Below, in pieces: positions 42,841 through 54,063 of a stretch of 64,000 bases of DNA. The translations under genes were made by a program, and so were the position numbers. The notes under the pieces were generated by a model. The model did not search any database. It saw nothing but the letters and a program-made list of their open reading frames with translations, and had not been told where the DNA came from. Origin of the DNA: an uncultured Nitrospinota bacterium (GTDB lineage: Bacteria; Tectomicrobia; Entotheonellia; J063; CAVPRW01); assembly GCA_963707985.1 (NCBI GenBank), contig CAVPRW010000024.1:128001-192000 (forward strand), given 5' to 3'. The stretch's first letter is position 1, and each line of letters starts with the position of its first letter.

Positions 42841-43719
42841 ATGGTCCGCAGCATGACAGGTTACGGTCAAGGGGAAGTCCAGGCACCAGGCGGAGCCTGT
42901 GTGGTCGAGGTCCGCTCCCTGAATCATCGTTATTGTGAAATCGCTGTGAAAACACCGCGGGGGTTCGCTGCGATCGAGAACCACATCCGCGAGACGGTGC
43001 GCTCACGCTTTACCCGCGGCCGCTTTGACGTGCATGTGACCGTCAATTACGCCACGGTTTCATCTCGCCGCATTGTCATCGATCAGGCCCTAGCGCGTCA
43101 ACTCTTTCTCGCTCTCACAGACCTCAAGCGTGAGCTGGGACTTGACGGTCAGGTGAATCTCTCGTCGCTGCTGGAACTCCGTGAGATCGCGCGCGTGGAG
43201 GAAAATGAGCATCACGTCGAAGACCTTTGGCCAGCAGTTCAAGAAGCCCTCGACAGCGCTGTGACGAACCTGGAGGCTATGCGGTTGGCTGAGGGCGAGG
43301 CGCTAGGACGTGATATTCTGCAACGTATTCACCTCATCGAAGCCTGGCTGGAGCAGATCAAAAGCCGACTCCCCGCCCTCCTCATCGACTATCGGCAAAA
43401 ATTGGAGGCCCGCATCAGCCGCCTGTTTGGAGATGTGGAGATCGATCCAGCACGGCTTGCGCAGGAAGTGGTGTTCTTCACCGAACGCAGCGACGTCACC
43501 GAGGAGATGACACGCTTGCACACCCACCTCACCGAGTTCAAACGCCTTCTGCATGTGGACGAGTCGGTGGGGCGGAAGTTGGATTTCCTGCTGCAGGAGA
43601 TGAATCGCGAGATCAATACGACCAGCTCTAAGGTGGCCGATAGCGACGTCGCGGTCCTGGTGGTCGACATCAAGAGCGAGCTTGAGCGCATTCGTGAGCA
43701 AGCCCAAAACATCGAATGA
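42841..43719 (+). CDS. yicC: YicC/YloC endoribonuclease
   Basis: SMTGYG, EVRSLNHRY, GRKLDFLLQEMNREINT, REQAQNIE. Confidence 0.96.
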   Translation: MVRSMTGYGQGEVQAPGGACVVEVRSLNHRYCEIAVKTPRGFAAIENHIRETVRSRFTRGRFDVHVTVNYATVSSRRIVIDQALARQLFLALTDLKRELGLDGQVNLSSLLELREIARVEENEHHVEDLWPAVQEALDSAVTNLEAMRLAEGEALGRDILQRIHLIEAWLEQIKSRLPALLIDYRQKLEARISRLFGDVEIDPARLAQEVVFFTERSDVTEEMTRLHTHLTEFKRLLHVDESVGRKLDFLLQEMNREINTTSSKVADSDVAVLVVDIKSELERIREQAQNIE

Positions 43720-44371
43720 TCCGACCGGCAACTGCACGTCTGGCCGTATCTTCGTGCTCTCGGCCCCCTCGGGCGCCGGTAAAAGTACGTTGGCGCAAGC
43801 CGTCATCGCTGCCACACCTGGGGTTGTACGCGCGGTGACCTACACTACTCGGCCGCCAAGACCCGGCGAAGTCGATGGATGTGACTATCATTTCATCTCT
43901 CATGAGGCATTTCTGCAGCGCTTGGCCGCGGGGGAAATGCTCGAATCAGCCACGGTGCATGGCTATCTCTATGGTACATCAAGCCTGGATGTTGAGCGCC
44001 TTTGCCAGCAAGGATTTGACGTGCTCCTGATCATTGATTGCCAGGGCGCGACCGCTCTCAGGCGACAGAGCGTGGATGCGCTGTACATTTTTCTGCTGCC
44101 CCCTTCCCTGAGAGTCCTTGAGCAGCGATTGCGGCAACGCAACGCCGACAACGAAACGTCTATTCAGACCCGACTGTCTATCGCCCCTGTGGAAATGGTC
44201 CAGTATCGGGACTACGATTATGTCATCGTCAACGATGACCTGAAGTCAGCAACGCAACAGCTCCAGGCTATTCTCCTCGCCGATCGCTGTTGCCTCCCAC
44301 GGCTCAACCGTCGCTACCCAATTTTCGCCGAATTGGATGGATGGATCCATGAGCGAGGCCCTAGTACTTGA
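43716..44371 (+). CDS. gmk: Guanylate kinase (start uncertain)
   Basis: SAPSGAGKST, TTRPPRPGEVDGCDYHF, YGTS, FLLPPS, YDYVIVNDDL; the ATG overlapping the yicC stop is out of frame, suggesting an indel. Confidence 0.93.
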
Positions 44372-45578
44372 AGGCAAGACAATCGTCCTCGGTATCAGCG
44401 GCAGTATCGCGGCATTCAAAGCAGTTGAGGTGTTGCGAGGCTTGACCAAAGCGGGTGCGAATGTGGTGACGATGATGACCCGCACGGCTTGCCAGTTCGT
44501 TGGCCCCCTGACGTTTCAGACCTTTTCCCGCCAGCCGGTCATGCTTGATGAGGATGTATTTCGATCGACTGACCCGCGCATGAAGCATATCTGGATGGCG
44601 GAAACAGGCGATCTCGTCCTTGTCGCGCCCACAACAGCGGACATCATTGGCAAATATGCGAATGGTATTGCCGATGATCTGCTGTCAACCTTCCTGCTCA
44701 CCACGGTCGCTCCGGTCATTCTGGTTCCAGCGATGGAGACCAATATGTACACGAATCCGATCGTGCAGAGCAACATGACCCGCCTCAAAGCCTTGGGAGT
44801 TGAGGTCATGGAGGCTGAGCATGGCGTCCTGGCCAGCGGGAAGGTCGGTCAGGGGCGCATGGTCGAGCCCGAGCCCATCGTGGCCAAGGTCATCGAACGC
44901 CTCACCACTCCAGCCATGCCGCACGACTTGGTCAAACGCACAGTACTGGTGACGGCAGGGCCGACCCAGGAGCCGATCGATACGGTACGTTTTATTTCCA
45001 ATCCTTCGTCGGGCAAGATGGGCTATGCCATTGCCGAGGCGGCACGTCAGCGGGGGGCAGAAGTCATTTTGGTGTCGGGACCGACCAATCTGACGCCGCC
45101 GGCAGGCGTGCAATCACATGTCGTTCAGACCGCCTGCCAGATGCATGCAGCAGTGATGCGTGTGTTTGAAAAAGCGGATGTCGTCATCAAAGCCGCCGCG
45201 GTGTCTGACTATCGCCCTAGACAGTTCATCCCGTACAAAGTGAAAAAGACCGAGGATGTGCAAACGGTCGAACTAGTCCGCAATCCCGATATTCTCGCCG
45301 AGCTTGGCCAACGCAAGGGCAAGCGCGTACTGGTGGGGTTTGCCGCTGAAACTGAGGAGCTGTTGGCCAACGCCCAGAAGAAGGTGCAAGCGAAGCATCT
45401 GGATATGATCGTGGCCAATGAAGTCGGTCATGCCGGCAGTGGGTTTCAGAGCGATGCGAACAAGGTGCTGATCCTGCACGATAACGGACGCATCGAGGAC
45501 CTACCACTGATGTCCAAGCAACAGCTGGCCCACGAAATCCTTACCCGTGTGGTCGAGCGACTAAAGGGCATGGATTGA
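44349..45578 (+). CDS. coaBC: Bifunctional phosphopantothenoylcysteine decarboxylase/ligase
   Basis: GISGSIAAFK, PAMETNM, TAGPTQEPID.VRFISNPSSGKMG, AAVSDY, GFAAET. Confidence 0.96.
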   Translation: MSEALVLEGKTIVLGISGSIAAFKAVEVLRGLTKAGANVVTMMTRTACQFVGPLTFQTFSRQPVMLDEDVFRSTDPRMKHIWMAETGDLVLVAPTTADIIGKYANGIADDLLSTFLLTTVAPVILVPAMETNMYTNPIVQSNMTRLKALGVEVMEAEHGVLASGKVGQGRMVEPEPIVAKVIERLTTPAMPHDLVKRTVLVTAGPTQEPIDTVRFISNPSSGKMGYAIAEAARQRGAEVILVSGPTNLTPPAGVQSHVVQTACQMHAAVMRVFEKADVVIKAAAVSDYRPRQFIPYKVKKTEDVQTVELVRNPDILAELGQRKGKRVLVGFAAETEELLANAQKKVQAKHLDMIVANEVGHAGSGFQSDANKVLILHDNGRIEDLPLMSKQQLAHEILTRVVERLKGMD

Positions 45579-45603
45579 CCTTCCTCCTAGAAGGGGAGTG
45601 TAC

Positions 45604-46437
45604 ATGGCCTATTCCACCTCACCACACGATGAGTTGCGCTTGCTCACCAACAATTTACGAGCGTATGTAGAGGCGCTAGGTCTTTGGGGAGTGCAGCATA
45701 TCCCCGTTGATCAGCCTCCTGCACCCCCCTTTCCAACCCCCAAAGTGATGACAGCTCTGCACCGGCCGGAGCCATCCCCGGAGCCCATAGACGCTGCTGA
45801 CCCAACGGTTCCATCAACGTCCGCTCCAGATGTTCAAGACATGCCCCTACCATTAGAACTACCGTTGACACCCCTTTCGCGACTCTCGTTAACAGAGCTT
45901 GAAACAGTGGCGAAGCAATGCACAGCTTGCCGGCTCCATCAAGGCCGAACGCATGTCGTCTTCGGAGTTGGCAATCCGCACGCCGAGCTGATGTTTGCGG
46001 GGGAGGCACCGGGACGGGATGAGGATCTCCAAGGGGAGCCGTTCGTTGGTCGCGCCGGACAGTTGCTGACGCGGATTATCGAAGCGATCGGCATGAGACG
46101 CCAGGACGTCTACATCGCTAACGTCATCAAATGTCGTCCCCCCAATAATCGCAACCCTGAAGCGGACGAGATCGCCCACTGTGAACCCTATCTCATCCGT
46201 CAGATCGCCTTGGTGCAACCGCGGCTCATTGTCGCACTGGGGACCTTCGCGGCGCAGACATTGCTGAAGACGAAACTGCCCATTTCCCAATTGCGCGGCC
46301 GCTTTCACACCTACCAAGGGGTTAAGCTGATGCCCACCTTCCATCCCGCCTTCCTCTTGCGCAATCCTGAACGCAAACGCGCAGTCTGGGAAGATATGCA
46401 GATGGTGCAGCGCGAATTGCGCCAACCATCGACCTGA
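45604..46437 (+). CDS. Uracil-DNA glycosylase family 4
   Basis: [36 protein letters not shown]. Confidence 0.95.
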   Translation: MAYSTSPHDELRLLTNNLRAYVEALGLWGVQHIPVDQPPAPPFPTPKVMTALHRPEPSPEPIDAADPTVPSTSAPDVQDMPLPLELPLTPLSRLSLTELETVAKQCTACRLHQGRTHVVFGVGNPHAELMFAGEAPGRDEDLQGEPFVGRAGQLLTRIIEAIGMRRQDVYIANVIKCRPPNNRNPEADEIAHCEPYLIRQIALVQPRLIVALGTFAAQTLLKTKLPISQLRGRFHTYQGVKLMPTFHPAFLLRNPERKRAVWEDMQMVQRELRQPST

Positions 46438-46448
46438 GCCCCTGTCTA

Positions 46449-47795
46449 TCAGTCTTGCTCGCGGGGCTGATCCTCCTTACTCTGCCGCCAATGCTGCAGG
46501 CGTTCGCGAAGGATTCGTTCGTAGCCGTCGTCCACTGGGTCGTAATAGACGCGCCCCAGGAGATTTTCGGGCAGATAGACTTCCTCGACATGGCGACCAG
46601 GGTAATGGTGGGGATATTTATACCCGTGCCCATACCCTAATTCATTCATGAGGCGGGTCGGGGCGTTGCGAAGATGCAACGGCACCGGCAGCGCAGACAG
46701 GCTCTGAATATCCTGCTGGACCCCGGTATAGGCGGTATATAGGGCATTGCTCTTGGGGGCGGTGGCGAGATAGACTGCTGCCTGAGCAAGGGCCAAATTC
46801 CCTTCCGGCATACCGATGAAATGCACGGCTTGCATGGCGGCGACCGCGACCAGGAGCGCTTGGGGGTCGGCATTGCCGATGTCTTCTGAAGCAAAGCGAA
46901 CCATTCGGCGGACGATGTAGAGCGGGTCCTCACCGGCTTCGAGCATACGCCCCAACCAATACAGGGCGGCGTCCGGATCACTGCCGCGCATGCTTTTGTG
47001 CAAGGCAGAGATCAGATTATAGTGTTCCTCGCCGGTTTTATCATAGCTTAGCGTCCGGCGCTGGGCCGCCTCCTCGATGGAGGCGAGCGACAGGGCTCGG
47101 CTGCCATCCGCTGCCGGCTCGCTCGTGAGGTAGGCGAACTCCAGGATGTTCAACGCAACGCGGGCATCGCCGTTGGCAAGATTGACGAGAAAGGCGCGAG
47201 CCTCTGGTTCAAGCCTGACCTTCGCCATTCCCAAGCCATGAACCGGATCTTGCAGCGCCCGCTCGACGATGGTGCCGAGTTCCGCTGGCGTCAATGCTTG
47301 CAGGGTAAAGACCCGCGCGCGCGACAGGAGTGGTGCAATCACCTCAAAGGAGGGATTCTCCGTGGTTGCTCCGATGAAGGTGATCTCGCCCCGTTCCACA
47401 TGTGGGAGAAGAGCATCCTGCTGGGCTTTGTTAAAGCGGTGGATCTCATCGATAAACAGGAGGGTTCGTTTGCCCAGCCGATGGCGCTGTGAGCGGGCTT
47501 CCTCGATGACGCCGCGAATCTCTTTTACCCCCGCGAGGACGGCGCTGAGCGCCACAAAGTGGGCCTGGGTCTGCTTGGCGATTACCTGTGCCAGGGAAGT
47601 CTTCCCTGTGCCTGGAGGCCCCCACAGAATCATCGAGGTCAGGTGATCCTGTTCAATGGCCCGTCGCAGCAGTTTTCCCTCCCCGAAGAGGTGCGATTGT
47701 CCAACAAACTCCTGTATCGTGGCGGGTCTCATCCGTTCAGCTAGCGGAGCATATGCCGGCGACACCTCTCGCGAAGGTTCCTCGAAAAGCTCCAT
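46449..47795 (-). CDS. rarA: Replication-associated recombination protein A (MgsA)
   Basis: PLAERMRP, GPPGTGKT, DEIHRFNKAQQD, ISALHKSMRGSD, ASEDIGNADP. Confidence 0.96.
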   Translation of the reverse strand: MELFEEPSREVSPAYAPLAERMRPATIQEFVGQSHLFGEGKLLRRAIEQDHLTSMILWGPPGTGKTSLAQVIAKQTQAHFVALSAVLAGVKEIRGVIEEARSQRHRLGKRTLLFIDEIHRFNKAQQDALLPHVERGEITFIGATTENPSFEVIAPLLSRARVFTLQALTPAELGTIVERALQDPVHGLGMAKVRLEPEARAFLVNLANGDARVALNILEFAYLTSEPAADGSRALSLASIEEAAQRRTLSYDKTGEEHYNLISALHKSMRGSDPDAALYWLGRMLEAGEDPLYIVRRMVRFASEDIGNADPQALLVAVAAMQAVHFIGMPEGNLALAQAAVYLATAPKSNALYTAYTGVQQDIQSLSALPVPLHLRNAPTRLMNELGYGHGYKYPHHYPGRHVEEVYLPENLLGRVYYDPVDDGYERILRERLQHWRQSKEDQPREQD

Positions 47796-47926
47796 AACTC
47801 TCTCCTGTTAGACCCAGTGTGCATGACTCAATATCTCCAGCGACACGTCACCACTCTAGCAGAATCAGAAGGCCGCCGACAGGGTCATTGGGGCTGTGGT
47901 GCATGGGCACAGGGATGAAAGGCTCC

Positions 47927-47956
47927 TTGACATCTGGCGAAAAAGCTCCTTATACT
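47927..47956 (+). promoter_or_regulatory. sigma70-like promoter of the PBP1A gene
   Basis: TTGACA-18 nt-TATACT. Confidence 0.55.
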
Positions 47957-48036
47957 TCAAACTCCTAGAAACAGGAGAGTATAGTCAGATAACACTGATG
48001 GAGCTTTGATGGAGAGCATTCGAAGGAGATGCCACC

Positions 48037-50502
48037 GTGCCGTCTCGACACGGATTTAAATTGACCCAAGGGCAAAAACCACCCATCCGTCGCTGGCTCA
48101 GAGGTTTGTTGGTCGCCATAGGGTTGACCGGAGTGTTCTCGTTGGCAGCCGCTGGTACCGGGGCCTATTTGCTGTATCAACATTTCGTCGAAGCGCTACC
48201 GGACATCAGCCAACTGAAATCCTATCAACCCAGCCTCATCACGTCAGTCTATGCGGATGACGAAACCCCAGTGGCGCAGTTTTTCATGGAACGCCGCGTG
48301 CTGATCCCGCTGGAAAGGATCCCTACCCTTCTTAAAGAAGCTACCTTGGCGGTCGAGGATGCACGATTCTACTCGCATGAGGGCATCGACGTCATCGGGA
48401 TTGCACGTGCTGCCTGGTCAAACATGCAGGCTGGCGAGGTCGTAGAGGGGGCAAGCACGATTACGCAGCAAGTCGCCAAGATGCTCTTTTTAACGCACCG
48501 CAAAACGGTTGAGCGCAAGGTCCGGGAGGTGATCCTGGCCATGCGAATGGAACATCTGCTCAGCAAAGATGAAATCTTGGAGATCTATCTCAATCAAACC
48601 TACTATGGTCATGGGGCCTACGGTGTTGAAGCTGCATCAAATGTATACTTTGGCAAGAGTGTTGGAGACCTCGCCCTGGATGAGGCCGCACTGTTGGCCG
48701 GTCTGCCCAAGGCGCCTACCGCCTATTCGCCCTATAACACACCTGACCGGTCCATGAAGCGGCGCGCCCACGTTCTGCGCCGGATGGTCGAGGCCGGTTA
48801 TATCACTGATGATGAGGAGATGCAGGCGCAAGCGGCAGCACTCCAACTTCGCCCACGCCAGGAAACCACTGTCAAAGCCCCGTACTTTGTTGAGCATGTG
48901 CGACGCTACCTCGAAGAGCAGTATGGCAGCACTCTCCTATACCGCGGTGGGCTGAAAGTCTATACCACTCTCGATCTTTCGCTACAGGAAGCTGCCGAGG
49001 TGGCATTGCGTCACGGACTGATCATAAACGATCAACGCCGCGGCTATCGCGGTCCTCTCGGACATCTCAACATCTCCAAGGGTGACCGGATCGACTGGGA
49101 AAAGGTCCGACAAATTCCCTGGCCGGAGGAACAGTCGCCGTTAACGCTTTTGGCCCACAGAGTCAAAGCCGTGGTCGTGGCTGTTGACGACAGGCGGGTA
49201 CAGGTGCGTTGGGAAGGAGGGGAAGGGATGATCCCGCTGGAGGCGATGTCATGGGCTTATGCCCCGAACCCCGACGCCGACAACGAGAAGCGGCGTCTGC
49301 GCCGACCAGGGGACGCCCTGAAAGTGGGTGATGTCATTTTGGCCGACCTCACGGTTGCTGGGGGACAGAGTAAGAAAACGCTGCTCGCGCTGGCTCAAGA
49401 GCCCATCGTGCAGGGGGCATTGGTCGCTCTTGAACCGCATACTGGGTATCTCCGTGCCCTGGTGGGTGGGTATGATTTCAGCCGCAGTCAATTTAACCGC
49501 GCCACTCAGGCGATCCGTCAACCCGGCTCGGCCTTCAAGCCGATTATCTATGCTACCGCAATCCAACGGGGGATGTCGCCAGCCCGCGTCATGGTCGATG
49601 CTCCGATCGTGCACGAGCAGGCCGATGGTAAAATCTGGAAGCCGTCCAATTATGACGGGAATTTCTGGGGACCGATTACCCTCGCCGAAGCCCTAGCGCA
49701 GTCGAGAAATATCATCGCCATCAAGGTGCTGGAGACCGTCGGGGTGAAGAATGTCGTCGACTATGCCAAACGTCTGGGGATCAGGAATCCCATGACTCCC
49801 ACCCTGGCATTGGGCCTCGGCGCCTCTGGCTTGACCCCCCTCGAACTGACGACCGCCTACAATGTGTTCGCCAGCCAGGGAGTCCGTCATGATCCTGTGG
49901 CCATCAAATGGGTGGAGGATGCTGAGGGACAGGTGCTGGAGAAACACACTCCTCTTGGGGAACGGGTGATGAGCGAGCAACAGGCCTTCGTCATGACCTC
50001 AATGCTGCAGGGAGTCGTGCAGCGTGGCACAGGGACCCGTGCCAAAGTGCTCAATCGGCCTGTCGCGGGTAAGACTGGCACGACCAATGATTTCATCGAT
50101 GCCTGGTTCGTCGGCTATAGCCCCAGCTTGGTGGCAGGTGTATGGGTGGGCATTGACGACCGCGAGTCCCTGGGATACAAAGAAGCGGGTGGGCGTTCGG
50201 CACTACCGATTTGGATCGAGTTCATGCAGCAGGCCCTTGAACAGGTGCCGTTGCAGGAGTTTCTCACTCCGCCGCATATTCGGCTAGTGCGCATCAATCC
50301 CCGCACAGGTGCGAGCAACGACCCAGGATCGGGATCGACCATCCAGATCGCTCTAGCTGAGGAGAGCACCCCACGCACGGCCCAGGTGAGAACCACACAA
50401 AGTAGCGAGCGCGCTGGTGGGACTGCACCGCGCTGGCGTGATCTTGGTTTGGGAGAGTACAGCCCACCGCGTGAATCCGAAACGTCCATGGCACCGGAGT
50501 GA
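48037..50502 (+). CDS. mrcA: Class A penicillin-binding protein 1A
   Basis: EDARFYSH, GASTITQQ, RKVRE; SAFK, SRN, KTG. Confidence 0.95.
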   Translation: MPSRHGFKLTQGQKPPIRRWLRGLLVAIGLTGVFSLAAAGTGAYLLYQHFVEALPDISQLKSYQPSLITSVYADDETPVAQFFMERRVLIPLERIPTLLKEATLAVEDARFYSHEGIDVIGIARAAWSNMQAGEVVEGASTITQQVAKMLFLTHRKTVERKVREVILAMRMEHLLSKDEILEIYLNQTYYGHGAYGVEAASNVYFGKSVGDLALDEAALLAGLPKAPTAYSPYNTPDRSMKRRAHVLRRMVEAGYITDDEEMQAQAAALQLRPRQETTVKAPYFVEHVRRYLEEQYGSTLLYRGGLKVYTTLDLSLQEAAEVALRHGLIINDQRRGYRGPLGHLNISKGDRIDWEKVRQIPWPEEQSPLTLLAHRVKAVVVAVDDRRVQVRWEGGEGMIPLEAMSWAYAPNPDADNEKRRLRRPGDALKVGDVILADLTVAGGQSKKTLLALAQEPIVQGALVALEPHTGYLRALVGGYDFSRSQFNRATQAIRQPGSAFKPIIYATAIQRGMSPARVMVDAPIVHEQADGKIWKPSNYDGNFWGPITLAEALAQSRNIIAIKVLETVGVKNVVDYAKRLGIRNPMTPTLALGLGASGLTPLELTTAYNVFASQGVRHDPVAIKWVEDAEGQVLEKHTPLGERVMSEQQAFVMTSMLQGVVQRGTGTRAKVLNRPVAGKTGTTNDFIDAWFVGYSPSLVAGVWVGIDDRESLGYKEAGGRSALPIWIEFMQQALEQVPLQEFLTPPHIRLVRINPRTGASNDPGSGSTIQIALAEESTPRTAQVRTTQSSERAGGTAPRWRDLGLGEYSPPRESETSMAPE

Positions 50503-50514
50503 GTGACGATACCC

Positions 50515-52494
50515 TCAATTCAGCTGGACAATCTGGCCGCGGCGCACCGTCAGCGCAAACAGGCGCCGCTCAATTTCGCCGTTGGGGAGCACGCCCATCC
50601 ATCCGGTGGCCGCTCTGAAGTCTTTGGTAGCCTTTAGCTGTTCTCTTACCTCTTCCCGAGTCCGTGGTCGTTGTTTGAGGACACGCAGCAGCAGAAGCAT
50701 GGCATCATGGCTTTGGGCTGCCATGAGGTCCGGAGTGGTGTTGAACATGGCCCGATACTGCTGCACGAACTCACGCACTTGTGGGTCAGATGCACCAGCA
50801 AAAAAGCCGTCCATAAATACCGCCCCATCGACGAACGCCCCAGCCCGTTTGACTAATGCTGGGTGATTCCAGCCGCTTTCGCCCAGCAACGTCATGCCGG
50901 TGATATTCAGCAACTGCATGGCTGGCACCAGAAACTGCAGGCGCTCGAAGGAGCGTGGCAGATAGAGTGCCTCGTAAGCTAACTTGCCACTGGTCGTTCG
51001 TATCTCTGTTGTGCTTTCCGGTGATGGGGCACGTTCCCCCGCAGAGCTGGCATGCGCCAGCTCTTGGTCCGTCTGCCCGCCAACTTGGCGCAAGGCGGCG
51101 GTGAAATCGACTTGATCGGGGGCATAAGCCTGCCGAATGACTATTTCTCCACCCAACTCAGCTATACGTGCTTGAAAGGTTTCAGCCAGTTCTCGTCCTG
51201 AGGGATCATCAGGATAAAGGATCGCAAAGCGCCGCAACCCGAGACTGCCCATTGCATACTGGGCTAGCTGGCGGGCCTCCAGGCGATTGGTCAGGGCCGT
51301 GCGAAACACATAGGAATTGTCGGCAGCGATTTGGAGGGATGGGGCTCCCGGCGTGATCAGGGGCAAGTGAAATTCCTGGGCTTTTTTCGCCGCCACCTCA
51401 GTCGTTTCGTTGAACAGCGGCCCAACAACCGCAATGACCCGCTCGACCATAGCCAGTTCATCCATGACGGACGCTGTGGTCGAGAGGTTGGCCTTGGAAT
51501 CACGGACCTCCATTTTCAGTGGGCTAAATCCCTCCCGCGCAAACGCAACCTGGATACCTTGCAGCGCGCTTTGTCCTACCTCGCTGACCCATTCTCGACG
51601 CCGGGGGCTGGACAAGGGCAACACGACCCCAATCTTGTGTGGATCCACGCTGACGGTTCGGGCCTGTTCGAGGTCCGTCACTAGAGCCTGCATCCGTGGT
51701 GCCTCAGGATGATTTGGAAAGTTCGTAAGGAATTCCTTTGCCGCGGCCTCAGCCTGAATGGCCGCACGGCGATTCGACGCCTCCTTGGCTATGCGCAGCA
51801 AGATATAATCGCTCGGAAACTCCGTGGGCCAACGTCTCTTCAGCGTCTCAAGCTCCGCTAATGTGAGTTTTGAGCTAACAATGTCGATAGACAGGGCCCG
51901 CGCCTCTTGTTGCACCTCCGCTGGAATCTGGCGCGCGGCCGTGAGCCTATGCAGCTCATCGAGCGCCCGGATGTACTGCCCTTCCGCAACGGAAACTTTG
52001 GCAAGCGTGAGGATGAAAGCTGCCTGTAGGCGAGCATTGGGGTATGCGCCTTGGGCCTCTTCTAGCACCGTGCGTGCCTCCGTATAGCGCTTAAGGTGCA
52101 ACAGGCTGAGACTCCGCAAGTAGGCCGCATCGGGGGCGAGCTTTGAGCGCGGGAATTTCGCCAGAAACTCTTGCAGGTTTTGTTGTGCGTCCGCGAATGT
52201 CCCCTCATAGTAGAGCACTTCGCCGAGACGGAATGATCCATCCTCTACCAAAGGTGACTGGGGGTGGTTTGCAAGGAATGACTGATAGAGGAGGCGAGCC
52301 CGGGGATAGTCTTTCTGTTGGTAGGCCCTCTCCGCATCGCTGAAGGCAGTTTGGGCCGCTCCTTGACCGGAAGTTCTTTGGGCGAGACCGGGACCGCTTC
52401 CCATTCCCCCTAGGGCAGCACAGCCTGTCGCCACTCCCAAACACAGTAGGAGGCAGGTGAAAGACCCTACTCGCTGCAGCCTATACACCCCCAT
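50515..52494 (-). CDS. LpoA/LppC-like lipoprotein with N-terminal TPRs
   Basis: Lipobox VATGC; TPR repeats; periplasmic-binding fold KIGVVLPLS...VVGPL. Confidence 0.85.
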   Translation of the reverse strand: MGVYRLQRVGSFTCLLLCLGVATGCAALGGMGSGPGLAQRTSGQGAAQTAFSDAERAYQQKDYPRARLLYQSFLANHPQSPLVEDGSFRLGEVLYYEGTFADAQQNLQEFLAKFPRSKLAPDAAYLRSLSLLHLKRYTEARTVLEEAQGAYPNARLQAAFILTLAKVSVAEGQYIRALDELHRLTAARQIPAEVQQEARALSIDIVSSKLTLAELETLKRRWPTEFPSDYILLRIAKEASNRRAAIQAEAAAKEFLTNFPNHPEAPRMQALVTDLEQARTVSVDPHKIGVVLPLSSPRRREWVSEVGQSALQGIQVAFAREGFSPLKMEVRDSKANLSTTASVMDELAMVERVIAVVGPLFNETTEVAAKKAQEFHLPLITPGAPSLQIAADNSYVFRTALTNRLEARQLAQYAMGSLGLRRFAILYPDDPSGRELAETFQARIAELGGEIVIRQAYAPDQVDFTAALRQVGGQTDQELAHASSAGERAPSPESTTEIRTTSGKLAYEALYLPRSFERLQFLVPAMQLLNITGMTLLGESGWNHPALVKRAGAFVDGAVFMDGFFAGASDPQVREFVQQYRAMFNTTPDLMAAQSHDAMLLLLRVLKQRPRTREEVREQLKATKDFRAATGWMGVLPNGEIERRLFALTVRRGQIVQLN

Positions 52495-52620
52495 CGCTTC
52501 ACCCCTGGTGGTTACGCGACTCGACACCCTGAGAGCATGGGGGACTCGCCGGCCTCCGCAGCCAGGATGATTGACAAGCATGGATCGCTGATGCAGATAA
52601 CGACCCATGCATTGTATGAA

Positions 52621-52851
52621 CTACTCTAAGACCTCCAGGACGTGGCGTTTTTCTTTCTGTGCCCGTGTGGCGTTCAAAATGGTACGCATGGCGGTGATCG
52701 TACGGCCATTCTTACCGATCACCTTGCCGATATCTTCCTTCGCAACCCGTAGTTCGATGACGATGGAATTCTCTCCTTCAACGCCGTTCACTCGCACCTG
52801 ATCTGGTTTGTCCACAATCGCTTTGGCAATGTTTTCGATCAGATCGATCAT
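52621..52851 (-). CDS. khpA: KH-domain RNA-binding protein KhpA
   Basis: IAKAIVDKPDQV...ELRVAKEDIGKVIGKNGRT..AMRTIL. Confidence 0.93.
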   Translation of the reverse strand: MIDLIENIAKAIVDKPDQVRVNGVEGENSIVIELRVAKEDIGKVIGKNGRTITAMRTILNATRAQKEKRHVLEVLE

Positions 52852-53249
52852 CGTCTTTGTGTCACCTCGCTCTGTTATAGCAGTTGGCTTATTGTCCTCC
52901 GCTGGAGGACCCCCAACATATCCGGGGTGAAACTTATCGCACTCCACCCCGAATTGCCAGACGACCAGTCGGTATCACACGACGACTACCGAGACCCGAA
53001 ACTCCCGACCTCTCCCGAGTCGATACCTTACGGGATGCATTACGCATAGGCGTCGGGATCGAAAGCAAGCGCGCGAGGACGCATAGATGAACCCTAGTGA
53101 CTCTTCTCGGTGCGAGTGAAGACGTGTGCGCTTGCGAAGGCCCTGAGTCAGACGCTCGTTGCCATCCGCCACCAACGAGAAATCATACTGCGGGCTGAGA
53201 TCATCGCAGGGTGAGAAACGGCGGCTCTTACCGTCACATCTGTGCTGCA

Positions 53250-53508
53250 GAGGTGGTGCAGGGATCAAGGGGAACGAGGGATGGGAAGACTTCTGGCTGT
53301 GAAAGTTTCCTCTCCTTGACAAGTACCGAGGGAGCCTCCAACGGTCAGCGACCTCCGAGGCGCGAATATCAACACATGGGAGGCCTAAATTCTCAGGGTC
53401 GGCTAGAAGCGTCGCCCCTTCGATCCCTGCCAGAGTCAGCTGGTGATGCACCTTCATCGGTGGAAGGTGATGACAGCCGATATGAACATGGGCGTCAAGC
53501 ACGCGCAT
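53250..53508 (-). pseudogene. Possible amidohydrolase remnant
   Basis: MRVLDAHVHIG (DxHxH), then rapid degeneration; 3' boundary approximate. Confidence 0.4.
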
Positions 53509-53637
53509 ACCCGGCATCGACGTTAGCAATAGACTGGCCCGTCGCATAAGGGAGCATCCACCACAAGCCAGTCAGGCGAGGGTATTGTACTGCAGGCAAT
53601 CAAGAACGTCAACTCAATGTGCCCAATCGACCGAATT

Positions 53638-53838
53638 TCATCGCTTGACCACATTAGCCGCCTGTAAGCCTTTCGGCCCTTGCACGATATCGAATTCCAC
53701 CTCCTGTCCTTCACTTAACGACCGAAAGCCCTCACCTTTAATGGCAGTGTAATGAACAAAGACATCCTCCCCATCATCGCGTTCGATAAAGCCATACCCC
53801 TTGCTGTCGCTGAACCATTTGACCCGACCGCTTGCCAT
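53638..53838 (-). CDS. cspA: Cold-shock protein (CspA family)
   Basis: GRVKWF..KGYGFI..DVFVHY...[10 protein letters not shown]. Confidence 0.97.
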   Translation of the reverse strand: MASGRVKWFSDSKGYGFIERDDGEDVFVHYTAIKGEGFRSLSEGQEVEFDIVQGPKGLQAANVVKR

Positions 53839-54063
53839 CGTCCCTTCCTCCTCTTCAGCCCCAGATGCTCACACTCACCTGGGTTGTGACAATTCGACTG
53901 CGGCACGCGACAGACCTGGTAACAAAAAAACCGCTGGGGCCAAATACAGCACGCCCGAGCGGTCGCTTGGGTACCTCGCGCCTGGTTGCGCGACCACACC
54001 TCTCCAAGTTCTCCGGTCATCTATCCTCACTGACTTGCCGCAGCCTCCTGGAAGACGGGCGCC

